NCBI GenBank assembly: GCA_035493515.1
Contig: DATJID010000058.1
Span: forward strand, 1,201-65,200
Length of the DNA stretch: 64,000 nucleotides
Source of the DNA: Candidatus Binataceae bacterium
Lineage (GTDB): Bacteria; Desulfobacterota; Binatia; Binatales; Binataceae
Reading direction: 5' to 3'
The notes below the pieces were generated by a model. The model saw nothing but the letters and a program-made list of their open reading frames with translations. It was not told the DNA's origin and made no database searches. A program made the translations under genes and the position numbers. Shown here piece after piece: positions 19,817 through 29,611 of this stretch. Position 1 is the first letter of the stretch. Each line of letters starts with the position of its first letter.

Positions 19817-21154
19817 TCACGGCGCGCCGCAGAGGGTGCCGTTGACGTCGCACTGCGGCGTGATACCTCGATCGCGCTGCTTCTGGTTCAGCGCGAATAT
19901 GGTCTTGTTGGTCTTGCCATCCGGGTTGCATCCGCATAGCTGGCTCGCGCAGCAACTGCACTCGGCCGATGTTTCGGCTTTGATTATTTCCGAAATGTCG
20001 CAGTTCGACAGTCCGGAGCAGGCGGTTCCCACCAGATACCTGTCATTGCATTCGTCAGTACAAAGCGTCGCGTCGCAGGTGTAACCCGTCTGAATCGGTG
20101 CGGTGTTCTGGCAGGTGGCGTACTCATCGCAGACCTTCACGCAGTCAACCCCACTGTTGGGGGGCAAAACCGTAGTCCCGGGAACGTATAATGGGCATCC
20201 GGCCGCTCCAGGGGCATCCGGCAGACAAGTCCCCGGCGTGGGAAAAGTCGCGGTCTGCCTCGGACCCTCGACTGCGGCGGATGCGGTGAGCGCGGGTCCA
20301 GACGGCGGAGCGTACGCGGCCGACCACACCAAGTCGTCTCCTAGCGTGCAGGCCTGGCTGTTTTGACCCACCTGGTAAGGACCGTTAAAGACCGGGCATG
20401 AGCACTGGACTATTTCGGGATTGCCGGTCTTGAAGCAAGGCGCGGTCATGCATCCCGCATAGGGCGCCTGTGCGCAACCGGTCTGGCCGAGTCCATTGGT
20501 GGGGACGCAGTCGAAGCTGAAGGCGGAGAACACGTTGGTTCCGGGAATCAAGGTCCCCTTATTTATCGCTTCGCAAACCGGGGCCGAGTTCATGGTCGCG
20601 CAGAGACTGCCGTCCGTCCCGCATTTGGCGATTGTGTTTTCATACACAGGATGGTTGAGGATGCCGTTTATATCTACGAAGTACACTCCGTAGGGAATGT
20701 TGAAGCAATTGCAGTTCGCGTAGAGTCCGTCCGCAGTCAGGGTGCAGGATAAATCTTCGGCGCCGTCGCTCGGGCCCGAGTAATAGCAGAGCGCAAAGGG
20801 TCCGCCTCTGCACGGCAGGAAATTGCTCCCGGTCAGCAGGATGTTGGCATAGGCCGGGCCGAAGGTGGTGGTCCAGTTGACCGGATCGCTCCAGAACGGA
20901 TGCGAATTGGGGACGAAGTGAATGATTCCTTGCGCCGGCGTGGGCGAAGCCGTAGGTGCAGGCGTCGTGATGGAACTCGGGGCAGGGGTCGGCTGCGAGC
21001 GAGTGCTATCACCTCCGCACCCCGTCGCAGACATCATGACGAGTGCAAGAAGATAAAGCGCCGGAGCCACGAAGGCGCGGAGGTACGCCATTCTCGGCAT
21101 CGGCATCGGGCGAGCCGGTGTCTGCATGTGTCGTAAATCGTCCAAGAAACTCAC
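19817..21154 (-). CDS. Cys-rich lipoprotein of unknown function
   Basis: Lipobox LVMMSATGC, then a Pro/Thr/Ser linker, then about 380 aa containing roughly 32 Cys by my count. The true start may be the internal MAYLRAF (about 21091). Confidence 0.7.
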   Translation of the reverse strand: MSFLDDLRHMQTPARPMPMPRMAYLRAFVAPALYLLALVMMSATGCGGDSTRSQPTPAPSSITTPAPTASPTPAQGIIHFVPNSHPFWSDPVNWTTTFGPAYANILLTGSNFLPCRGGPFALCYYSGPSDGAEDLSCTLTADGLYANCNCFNIPYGVYFVDINGILNHPVYENTIAKCGTDGSLCATMNSAPVCEAINKGTLIPGTNVFSAFSFDCVPTNGLGQTGCAQAPYAGCMTAPCFKTGNPEIVQCSCPVFNGPYQVGQNSQACTLGDDLVWSAAYAPPSGPALTASAAVEGPRQTATFPTPGTCLPDAPGAAGCPLYVPGTTVLPPNSGVDCVKVCDEYATCQNTAPIQTGYTCDATLCTDECNDRYLVGTACSGLSNCDISEIIKAETSAECSCCASQLCGCNPDGKTNKTIFALNQKQRDRGITPQCDVNGTLCGAP

Positions 21155-21560
21155 CTACTTTGCGTATGGGATTCTCGCCAATCGGAAAAAGCTTCATACT
21201 GGGAGAGCATCAAACATGCCGGAGCGATCGTTGTGATGTTAGCAATGACGCTCACCCTCCTTTCTACTCACCAACGCAGGTTTCGGATGCCCTGGTAAGC
21301 CCGTTCGGCGATTGACATTCAAAGACCCATTGAGCGGCGGGGCGCCCGCCCCATGGCAGTGCGACAGAGACCCGCCCGACATCCTTCGGTACCGCTAAAT
21401 AACGGGCATTCCCGCCCATCCGCCGCCGGTTACTCCCCTGTGCGGAGTCCTGATGCCCGCCGTCCTAGCACATCTAGGGGATTGAAAAGACTGTCAAATT
21501 TCCATCTCAACCAGATGATGACCGTCGATGGTAAAAGACGATAAAACAAGATATAAGCGC

Positions 21561-21590
21561 TTGACATGGGATATTAGCATGTTAAAGATA
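21561..21590 (+). promoter_or_regulatory. Sigma70-like promoter candidate in an AT-rich spacer upstream of the TadG-like gene
   Basis: TTGACA at 21561-21566, and TAAAGA(T) 16-17 bp downstream. The -10 element is weak. Confidence 0.3.
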
Positions 21591-21657
21591 GTTAAGAGTA
21601 GTTGAAGCTGAGTTGAAGTGAATAAGATAACCATGGACGAAGGAGGTCAACCCCCCC

Positions 21658-22749
21658 ATGATTCGTCGACGTCGTCTCTCAAGCGGACAGATTGCGGTTA
21701 CTTTGATTATTGTGATGACCACGCTGCTCGGCGCTATGGGTCTGGGCGCTGATCTCAGTGTGCTCTACTACAACTGGGTCATCCTGCAGAAGGCAGCCGA
21801 CGCCTCCGCCCTCGCGGGCGCCTCTAAGCTCACGGGCGATACTGCCACCACTTCCAATTCTGCGGTCGTCAGCACCGGAACCACATACGCCCATACCAAC
21901 GGAATCGGGCGCCCCACGGATACGATCCTGGTTTCGCCCGCCGCCGACGACAAGTCGGTCAGCGTCTATCTCTCGCGCCAGGTACCCTACTTCTTCCTGC
22001 AGCTGCTCGGTGTTAAATCAGGCAAGGTTACGGCGAAAGCGACGGCCGGCGTCCTGCCGACCAGTGGAATTTGTGGCGCCGCCCCGTTCGGGCTGCCATG
22101 CAGACAGGGCTGCAACGGCAATGGCTGTTACGGACAAGGGGCGGCTGCAGGCACGGGCGACGCGACCTGCGGCGGAGCCTATACGTTCAATACGTCAGAC
22201 CTGTCCGCAGGAACGCAGATCCAACTCAAGTCCGACTGGAGTATCACCGGAGTTCCGGGCAACTGGGATCCCCTGGCGATCGATGGCAGCGGCGCTTCGA
22301 CCTATCGCTCGAACATTGGGAACGGGGAAGCTAAGGTTTTGCACGCCGGGGACTCGCTCTCGACGGAGACCGGCAATATCGTCGGCCCCACGGCGCAAGG
22401 CTTCAGCGACCGCGGCTTGTCGCTTCCTAATTCGACAGTTGCTACCGTGCCCGAATCGCCCTACACGACTCTCGATGCGACGGATCCGCATATCGTCGTC
22501 GTGCCACTGGTTGACTTCACCGCGGCCGGAAAGAACGGCAAGACCACCGTACCCATACTGGATTTCGTCACGCTCTACGTGACTGGTCTGGTGGGCGGCA
22601 ACAACACCATCGTCGCGACCGTGATTCCGCCCGTAGCGACGTGCAGCACCGGGACCACGACCTCAACGCATCCTTACGGCACCGGGCTCAAGGTGGTGCT
22701 GTGCTCCGACAGCGGATGTCCCTCGGCGGCGGCGTGGCCGTCTATGTAG
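21658..22749 (+). CDS. TadG/TadE-like (Tad_N, Flp pilus-assembly) protein, orphan copy
   Basis: SGQIAVTLIIVMTTLLGAMGLGADLSVLYYNWVILQKAADASALAGA is the TadE/G-like N-terminal module. AGGAGG lies upstream. Confidence 0.75.
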   Translation: MIRRRRLSSGQIAVTLIIVMTTLLGAMGLGADLSVLYYNWVILQKAADASALAGASKLTGDTATTSNSAVVSTGTTYAHTNGIGRPTDTILVSPAADDKSVSVYLSRQVPYFFLQLLGVKSGKVTAKATAGVLPTSGICGAAPFGLPCRQGCNGNGCYGQGAAAGTGDATCGGAYTFNTSDLSAGTQIQLKSDWSITGVPGNWDPLAIDGSGASTYRSNIGNGEAKVLHAGDSLSTETGNIVGPTAQGFSDRGLSLPNSTVATVPESPYTTLDATDPHIVVVPLVDFTAAGKNGKTTVPILDFVTLYVTGLVGGNNTIVATVIPPVATCSTGTTTSTHPYGTGLKVVLCSDSGCPSAAAWPSM

Positions 22750-22785
22750 TCATGGTCGCGACAACGACACTTAAAGCTTAATCGC

Positions 22786-22828
22786 GCGGCGCCGGAGCCT
22801 TACTGGTCCGGCGCCGCATCCCTTTTCC
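22786..22828. terminator. Bidirectional rho-independent terminator candidate
   Basis: Perfect 11-bp stem GCGGCGCCGGA / TCCGGCGCCGC with a 10-nt loop, followed by CCCTTTTCC. It lies between convergent genes. Confidence 0.6.
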
Positions 22829-22872
22829 TGCGCTGTCAGCTCTCCTTGCGGCCAACTCGCACCAGGGAACTC

Positions 22873-23298
22873 TCACGGTTCCTGCACGCAGCAGTGCTGA
22901 ATCTCGGTTTGCGCCTGGTCGGTATCGACCGGGTTAAGATGCGGATGGCCGCTCAGCACGCCCCATACGAATTCTTCGCGGATGTAGTAAACGCGGGTAT
23001 GCGCGTCGATTTCCACCTGGTCGGAGCTTTCTGAGCCTTCCACGCTGCATAGAATCTGCTGGGACCCGGATGGAACTATGAAGGCGTGATAGCCGCCGGG
23101 ACCGATGCGCGCGCTGTCCTCGCCGCAGGTTACCGCTGGGCGGAGCAGCGACGAACCGTAATGATAGGGGCGGTAAACGTAGATAACCGCGTTGTCGGGC
23201 GGCGCGGAGGCCCGTTCGAACGGATGCCCCTGCACCGCACATTCGGAAATCATCAGCATCGCGGCGCAGAGCGCGATTGCCGCAACTTGGCGATTCAT
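22873..23298 (-). CDS. DUF2846-like exported protein
   Basis: Signal peptide and the AVIYVYRPYHYGSS motif typical of DUF2846. 4-nt overlap with the upstream gene. Confidence 0.55.
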   Translation of the reverse strand: MNRQVAAIALCAAMLMISECAVQGHPFERASAPPDNAVIYVYRPYHYGSSLLRPAVTCGEDSARIGPGGYHAFIVPSGSQQILCSVEGSESSDQVEIDAHTRVYYIREEFVWGVLSGHPHLNPVDTDQAQTEIQHCCVQEP

Positions 23299-23930
23299 TG
23301 GTCGGCTGCGGGAGCTGCAGGCCGGCTCGCCACAGCCGCGGAGGCCGCTGGTTGGCCCGTGCCGCTCGCGGGAATCCCCGGCTGACTCGCGTCAGCCGTG
23401 GGCTGCCCCGCGACCGCGAAGGCCTGCGCCAGACGGTCCTCGTCGCGGTAAAGCTTTTGATCGATCTTCTCGCGTACTGCGGCGCGCGCGGCTTCCTCGA
23501 CTTCCCGATGGGTCGGTTCCCTGTAAAGCGTGTACGACTTCGAGACGTGCACCTTGGCCGTGTAGTCGCCGAGCACCCGCTCGCCGTCGGTGATCGATAG
23601 CGACGCGAACGCGGTCACGCCAAGGTCGCCTACCGGCGCGCCCGCATAGGTAACCGGATCGAACGCCGTGACGATGAGCGGTACGTGGTAATCGTCGTGG
23701 GTCAACTCTTCGCGATAGATGAACGTTACTTGCGAGTCGCTGGCCAGCGACATCGCCACCGCCGGCGGTACCGCGTTCGCGTCGCCTTCGGCGAGATGGC
23801 CCTTGAAGGGCAGTGGATGGGCGGGGGCCTGAGCGATCGCGGGCGCGGCGGTGGTGGCCTGCTGCACGCTGCATCCCGACACCATGGACGCCGCGAGAAA
23901 CAACAGCGTGGCGAAAAATCGCGCTCTCAT
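23295..23930 (-). CDS. Lipoprotein, unknown function, Ala/Pro-rich C-terminal tail
   Basis: MRARFFATLLFLAASMVSGC lipobox, from the internal ATG at 23930. Confidence 0.6.
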   Translation of the reverse strand: MRARFFATLLFLAASMVSGCSVQQATTAAPAIAQAPAHPLPFKGHLAEGDANAVPPAVAMSLASDSQVTFIYREELTHDDYHVPLIVTAFDPVTYAGAPVGDLGVTAFASLSITDGERVLGDYTAKVHVSKSYTLYREPTHREVEEAARAAVREKIDQKLYRDEDRLAQAFAVAGQPTADASQPGIPASGTGQPAASAAVASRPAAPAADQ

Positions 23931-23961
23931 CGCCGAAATTTGTGTCCGTCTTCGCGTCGCC

Positions 23962-25203
23962 TTATCTTTGCGCAAACTTCTCCGCCACGAGCCGGCGCTC
24001 CTCGAGTGCCGCGGCGCCGTCGGGCTCCGCGTACACTTCAGTACGCATCCGAGGAACCGGGGGTTGCAGCAGCCACCCCGGACCTACCCCAGTCAGAGCC
24101 GGACATCCCATCTGGGCCATCACCAGGTCGATTTCCTTGCGCAGGATATCGATTGCTTTCTGCGCGCCCGGAAGTCCGCCTGCGGCGGCGCCGTAGAGGG
24201 TTGCGCGGCCGACGAAAACGAAGCGCGCTCCAAGGCATAGCGCAACCAGGATGTCGGCGCCGCGCCGCACCCCGCCGTCCAGCATCACGGCCAGCTGGTC
24301 TCCCGCTGCCGCGCAAATCGGCGCCAGCATGTCGAGTGGCGCGGGGGCCTGATCGAGCTGGCGCCCACCGTGATTGGAAACCATGATTCCGTCAACTCCG
24401 ATCCGCGCAGCACGGACGGCGTCATCCGGATGCATGATTCCTTTGACCACCATATGACGCGGCCATAGGCGGCGGAAGTTTTCGAGGTCGCGCCAGGTTA
24501 TGCTGCATGGAATCTGCCGCCCCACAAAAGCAGCGATCGCCTTGGCGCTCGCGCCCGGTTCGGCGTAGGGCGCCCAGTTGTCGAAGCGCGGAATGCCGCG
24601 GCGCAGGTATTCCGCGATCCACAGCGGATGCATCAGTGCTTCCAGCGATTTCGACCATTTAAGCTTGAGCGGCAACTCGAATCCGTTGCGCACGTTGCGC
24701 TCGCGCTTGGAGGACACCGGTACGTCGACGGTCACGACCAGGGTTCCCAGATTGGCGTCGCGCGCGCGCCGGATCAGGTCTTCGGAAATCTTGTTGTCGC
24801 GCGCCGCGTAGAGTTGATACCAGGTATGCGCGGGCGCTACCTGCGCCGCTGCCTCAATCGAGGCGGTGGAGGCGCCCGACATGATGAACGGAACGTTGGC
24901 GGTCGCGGCGGCCCGGGCGAGGATGAGATCCGCCTCCGCCCGGAACAGCGCGGCGAGCCCAGTCGGAGCGATTCCGAATGGACTTGCATAGTTTTTGCCG
25001 AACAGCGTGGTGGATTGGTCGCGCCGCGAGACGTCCACCATGTAACGCGGCACTATCCGACGCCGCGCGAAGCTGGCCTCGTTGACTTCAAGGCAGCGCT
25101 CGTCCTCCACCCCGCCCTCAATGAAATCAAACACCATCCGCGGCAGCCGCCGTCTCGCGAGACGCCGCAGGTCGTCGATATTGACCGCGTCGTGGATTTT
25201 CAT
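23962..25203 (-). CDS. FMN-dependent alpha-hydroxy acid dehydrogenase/oxidase (LldD/glycolate-oxidase/mandelate-dehydrogenase family)
   Basis: NIDDLRRLARRRLPRMVFDFIEGG, APTGL, VTVDVPV, VKGIMHPDDA, IMVSNHGGRQLD and GRATLYG. Confidence 0.9.
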   Translation of the reverse strand: MKIHDAVNIDDLRRLARRRLPRMVFDFIEGGVEDERCLEVNEASFARRRIVPRYMVDVSRRDQSTTLFGKNYASPFGIAPTGLAALFRAEADLILARAAATANVPFIMSGASTASIEAAAQVAPAHTWYQLYAARDNKISEDLIRRARDANLGTLVVTVDVPVSSKRERNVRNGFELPLKLKWSKSLEALMHPLWIAEYLRRGIPRFDNWAPYAEPGASAKAIAAFVGRQIPCSITWRDLENFRRLWPRHMVVKGIMHPDDAVRAARIGVDGIMVSNHGGRQLDQAPAPLDMLAPICAAAGDQLAVMLDGGVRRGADILVALCLGARFVFVGRATLYGAAAGGLPGAQKAIDILRKEIDLVMAQMGCPALTGVGPGWLLQPPVPRMRTEVYAEPDGAAALEERRLVAEKFAQR

Positions 25204-25685
25204 GCCAATTCCTGACTCCAATACTACGAATATCCGACCAACAAATTCCAGACAGTCTAATTAAGGGCGAAATGTCCTTAAGGACGTTATCGCTGTCGGC
25301 TCGAGCGGCGACTATCTAGTGGTTCTTCTCGGCGCGCTGCGTGCGCCAGGGCTGTTCGCCTGACTCTAACGAGTCTATCGCTGCGCGCTTTACAGCGGTT
25401 CCAAGCAATTTTTAGTCAGGCGGAGCCGATGACGAAAGAATGTGAAGATCGGCTTCGCAGTGCTATTGCTCGCCTTGGGTGCCACCCAAGCGCTCGCTGT
25501 CACAACCAAGGTAAGCTACGCCACTATCACGGGTACGGCGAGCGCTCCGGCCACAAACCAGTGCCCGACAAGGCAGTTGCACTCGCGTGCAGGTTTCCCG
25601 TGCCGCGGTGGGCAACGTAGTCGGACATTTTAGTATCACTCACGGCCGCCTTCTTTTTTCCGCGCCGCGCGCCTATATGGATTAG

Positions 25686-26486
25686 ATGATATCGCCCAAA
25701 GACCAATCCGAAGACCTGAACGAGGCGGTGGCCGCGATGCTGGACGCGCGCGCCCGCCGGCGCGCGCTCAAGCGGCTGCCTCCGAGCGGCGCGCCGCTCG
25801 CTCTGGATGACGCGTACTCCATCCAGGAAGCGTTCGTGCGCGAGTGCAAATTACCGGTGGTCGGCTACAAAATCGGATGCGCTTCGAAAGAATCGCAGGC
25901 TCTGGTCGGAGCTGCCGGGCCGTTCGCGGCGCGCATTTTCGCGCCAACCCGCTTTGATTCGCCGGCGGAAATTTCCATGCGCGACTTCTTTACCGTCGGC
26001 GTCGAAGCCGAGTTCGGATTCACAATGCGACGCGCGCTTCCCGTGCGCCGCACTCCGTACGAGCGCGCCGAGGTCGCCTGTGCCGTCGCTTCGGTCGCGC
26101 CGGTAATCGAGCTTTGCGACACTCGACTTGAAAACTGGAAAGCCGCGCGAATCGAGGAAATCATCGCCGACAATGGCTTTCACGGCGGCCTGGTGGTCGG
26201 CACGGCAGTCGACGACTGGGAGCGGCTGGACCTCGCCGCCCACGAGGTCGCGCTTTCAATCGGCGGCACAATGCGCGCGCGGGGCGCGAGCTCCGGTGCG
26301 CTCGGCCATCCGCTCGACGGCCTGACGTGGATTGCCAACGAGCTTTCGCGCCGCGGCTACGGACTGGAAGCGGGTGATATCATTGCGACCGGCACCTGGA
26401 CGGGCCTGCATTTCGTGCGCGAGCCGGCGGCGGTAGTCGCCGATTTCGGTTCGATGGGCCTGGTCGAAGTCCAAATCCGTCCGTAG
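25686..26486 (+). CDS. 2-keto-4-pentenoate hydratase / hydratase-decarboxylase family protein
   Basis: LDDAYSIQEAFV...VGYKIGCAS...EAEFGF...DNGFHGGLVVG, the MhpD/HpcG-like pattern. Confidence 0.75.
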   Translation: MISPKDQSEDLNEAVAAMLDARARRRALKRLPPSGAPLALDDAYSIQEAFVRECKLPVVGYKIGCASKESQALVGAAGPFAARIFAPTRFDSPAEISMRDFFTVGVEAEFGFTMRRALPVRRTPYERAEVACAVASVAPVIELCDTRLENWKAARIEEIIADNGFHGGLVVGTAVDDWERLDLAAHEVALSIGGTMRARGASSGALGHPLDGLTWIANELSRRGYGLEAGDIIATGTWTGLHFVREPAAVVADFGSMGLVEVQIRP

Positions 26487-26531
26487 ATCGAGTTTAGTCC
26501 ATCCATCGACCAGAGGATCGAAAATATCGCG

Positions 26532-26897
26532 ATGGAAGCAAGCAGCGACTCAGCGAAAATCGAAAGCTACCACGCCCATGTCTACTACACCGACGCTGGC
26601 TCGCGGGCTGCCGCCGCGTTGTTGCGCGAGGCGCTGGCCGAAAGGTTCGAGGTCGTGATGGGCCGTTGGCACGACCAACCCGTCGGGCCGCATCCATTGC
26701 CGATGTACCAGGTGAGTTTCGCCGCCCGCGAGTTCGCGCGCGTGGTGCCGTGGCTGATGCTCAACCACGGCGAGCTTTCTATTCTAATCCACCCCAACAC
26801 CGACGACGGGTACCGCGACCATGCCGCGCATGCGCTGTGGCTCGGCGCGCAGCAGGAATTACGGCTCGACGTCCTGCGCAAGCTGCTCGGCCAATAG
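26532..26897 (+). CDS. DOPA 4,5-dioxygenase family protein
   Basis: YHAHVYY...VGPHPLPMYQV...SILIHPNTDD is the characteristic pattern of the small DOPA_dioxygen family. Confidence 0.75.
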   Translation: MEASSDSAKIESYHAHVYYTDAGSRAAAALLREALAERFEVVMGRWHDQPVGPHPLPMYQVSFAAREFARVVPWLMLNHGELSILIHPNTDDGYRDHAAHALWLGAQQELRLDVLRKLLGQ

Positions 26898-26922
26898 CGT
26901 CGCGCGGCCATCCACAAGTTGG

Positions 26923-28110
26923 CTACGCCGCTCGCCTCGCTGAGAGGCTCGCATAAACCGCAGTCTCAAAATCGAGGTATCCGGTGAACGATACCGGATC
27001 GCCGAAGGGTAGGATCTGCGTTGCCCAAAAACCGCCGAGGCCGTTTTGTCGATCGATCCAGTAGAAGAGATTGGCCAGTCCAGCCCATCCGATTGCGCCC
27101 GCCGGCCGCCCGGTCGGCGCCGCCGTATCATTGACCATGAACGTCAGCGCCCAGGATTTTGACAGCCCGGGGAAAAATTCGGCGTCGTTTGAGAGCGAGC
27201 GATCGACACCCGGCAACAGCTTGATCTTTTTGTCACCAAGCCCGTTCTTCACCGCCATGCGCACGGTCTCGGCTTTCAGCACGCGCCCGTTTTCGCCGGC
27301 GCCGTCGTTGAGCCACGACCGGATGAAGCGCATATAGTCGCCGACCGTCGCGTACAGTCCATGGCCGCCCATTTCGAGTTCGGGCTCCTGGGGCAGCATA
27401 AAATTCATCGGCGTCAATGAACCGTCGGCGCCGCGCGCATGTACGTCGGCGAGGCGCGAGCGCATCGAGGTGGAGAGCCTGAAGCCGGTATCTTTCATGC
27501 CGAGAGTTGCAAAAATCCGCTCCTGAAACACTTCGCTCAGCCGCTTGCCGCGCACGGCCTCGACGATCTGCCCGCACCAGTCGATGTTGCTGCCGTATTC
27601 CCAGCGCTCGCCGGGATCAAACAGCAGCGGGGTCATGATCGAAGCCTTCGAGGCGGTGATTGGGCTGGGTTGTTCATGTTCCCGAGCCAGGCGATTGTAG
27701 GTTTCGCTGAAAAAATCGTAGCCGAAGCCGGCCGTGTGCAACATCAACATGCGCGTCGTGATGTCGCGTTTGGGCGAGCGCAATTTGGGTTTGCCGGCGC
27801 TATCGAAGCCGTCGACCACCTGCAGCTTGCCGATGTCGGGTGCGTAATTTTTCGCCGGCGCGTCGAGATCGAGTTTGCCTTCCTCAACCGCCTGCAAAAC
27901 CGCCATACCGGTGATCGCCTTGGTGGTTGAAAAAATGCCGAACACGCTGTCGATCGTCATATCGTCGCCGCCCATCACCCGCTCGCCGGCCGCACCTTCG
28001 TAGAAATTGCCGTGCCTGTCGGTCGCCATCGCTACGACGCCGGGGACCCGTGGGTTGGACGTGACGACGCGATCCAGGATGGCGTCGGCTACCGGTCTGA
28101 AATTATCCAT
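26923..28110 (-). CDS. Serine hydrolase, beta-lactamase/esterase (class C-like) family
   Basis: SxxK motif in [17 protein letters not shown], plus a YSN-like WEYGSN and a GWAGLAN block. Confidence 0.85.
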   Translation of the reverse strand: MDNFRPVADAILDRVVTSNPRVPGVVAMATDRHGNFYEGAAGERVMGGDDMTIDSVFGIFSTTKAITGMAVLQAVEEGKLDLDAPAKNYAPDIGKLQVVDGFDSAGKPKLRSPKRDITTRMLMLHTAGFGYDFFSETYNRLAREHEQPSPITASKASIMTPLLFDPGERWEYGSNIDWCGQIVEAVRGKRLSEVFQERIFATLGMKDTGFRLSTSMRSRLADVHARGADGSLTPMNFMLPQEPELEMGGHGLYATVGDYMRFIRSWLNDGAGENGRVLKAETVRMAVKNGLGDKKIKLLPGVDRSLSNDAEFFPGLSKSWALTFMVNDTAAPTGRPAGAIGWAGLANLFYWIDRQNGLGGFWATQILPFGDPVSFTGYLDFETAVYASLSARRAA

Positions 28111-28180
28111 CTTGAGTCTCTTTCCGCTTCGGTTTTACGCGAGGAAATCAAACACGGAATTCTCTTTGCTGGAGTGCGGT

Positions 28181-29407
28181 CTAGCGATTCTCACTGAAGA
28201 GGATCCCGCTCTCCTTCAGCTTCGCAATTCGGGCGTCCGAGTAGTCCAGCACTTCCTTGAGTACCTGCGCGCCATGCTCGCCCAAAAGGGGCGCCTGGAT
28301 GTCCGGCAGATCCGGGTAAGCCGAGAATTTCAGCGGAAAGCCGGGAATTGTCACTTCGCCGAGGATCGGATCGCGCACTTTGCGCACCATGTTGCGCGCC
28401 TTGAAGTACGGATGCTTCATCGTGTCCGTAACCGAGAGCACCGGCGCGCACGCCACGCGGTTCTCCTCGAGCGCGGCGACCGCGGCGTCATCGCTGGGCA
28501 TCGAAGCCAGCCACTGCTCGACGATCGGGTTTAGCAGGTCGCGGTTCTTCACCCGGTCCGCACCGGTGGCGAAACGCGGATCGTCGCGCAGCTCCGGCCG
28601 GCCCATCGCCTTGGTCATGTTCCCCCATTGACGATCCAGCACGAGGATGAAGATCCAACCCTGCGGCCCCTTATAAACGCCGGCCGGGCAGATCTGGTTG
28701 TGATATCGGCCCATCCGTTTCGGGATGAACTGGCCGTCGGTGATGGAATTGCTCTGCAGGCCGAAATCGTGCATGTGGTATAGCGCGTCGATCATCGCGA
28801 TATCTATATATTGGCCGACGCCGGTCTTCTCTCGATTATACAGTGCGTATCCGAGAGCCGCGAAAGTATGTACTCCAGTGCCTACGTCGGCGACCCCGAT
28901 TCCGACGAAAGTGGGAGCTCCCTCCGGGTCGCCCGTCATGTGCATCATGCCGGAGAAGGCCTGCGCGATCATGTCGTAGCCGGTCTTGTGCGAGAGCGGA
29001 CTTTTACGTCCGAAGGCCGAGAGCGAAGCCATTATGAGGCGCGGATTGACTAGTTTGAGTGAGTCGTAATCCAGTCCCCGCTTTTGCATCACGCCGGGCC
29101 CGAAGTTTTCCACCACGATATCCACCTTGGGCACCATCGCACGGACGATCTCGAGGGATTCCGGTTTGCTGAGATCCAGACAGATGCTTCTCTTGCCTCG
29201 ATTCTGCTGGACGAAGTAGCCGCTGCGTCCGTTCTTGACCGTCGGTAGCAGCCGCGACGGATCTCCCATCGGCGCCAGTTCCACTTTGATGATGTCGGCG
29301 CCCATCTCGGCCATCAGCCGTGTAACCGTGGGCCCGGCCAGGTATTGCGTGAAATCGAGAACCCGACATCCCGTGAGCATCGCGGAATTCGCCTTTGCGC
29401 CAGCCAT
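28181..29407 (-). CDS. CoA-transferase family III (CaiB/BaiF)
   Basis: LTGCRVLDFTQYLAGPTVTRLMAEMGADIIKVE...ENFGPGVMQKRGLDY. Confidence 0.9.
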   Translation of the reverse strand: MAGAKANSAMLTGCRVLDFTQYLAGPTVTRLMAEMGADIIKVELAPMGDPSRLLPTVKNGRSGYFVQQNRGKRSICLDLSKPESLEIVRAMVPKVDIVVENFGPGVMQKRGLDYDSLKLVNPRLIMASLSAFGRKSPLSHKTGYDMIAQAFSGMMHMTGDPEGAPTFVGIGVADVGTGVHTFAALGYALYNREKTGVGQYIDIAMIDALYHMHDFGLQSNSITDGQFIPKRMGRYHNQICPAGVYKGPQGWIFILVLDRQWGNMTKAMGRPELRDDPRFATGADRVKNRDLLNPIVEQWLASMPSDDAAVAALEENRVACAPVLSVTDTMKHPYFKARNMVRKVRDPILGEVTIPGFPLKFSAYPDLPDIQAPLLGEHGAQVLKEVLDYSDARIAKLKESGILFSENR

Positions 29408-29611
29408 GCTTGTCGTCTCCCCGAGCAATTCGCGTTTACCGCGTCAGTGCCATGTATCACAGGTCTGGCTCGCTGTGGAGTTCCAGCAAGGTCTCGTGAG
29501 TCTGGACAGCGCAGCACGGCTGGCGCTACATGACCTTGTTAACTGTGCGGCCTTACCGCGACGCGCAAGAGCGGCCCCAAAAGTGCGGCGGATGCGACAG
29601 GAGACCCGAGG

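Noticed and set aside
25442-25633. 63-codon ORF with a signal-peptide-like N-terminus (MKIGFAVLLLALGATQALA)
   Set aside because: It has a GTG start, no clear ribosome-binding site, and an Arg/Gly-rich tail that looks non-coding. Evidence is insufficient.
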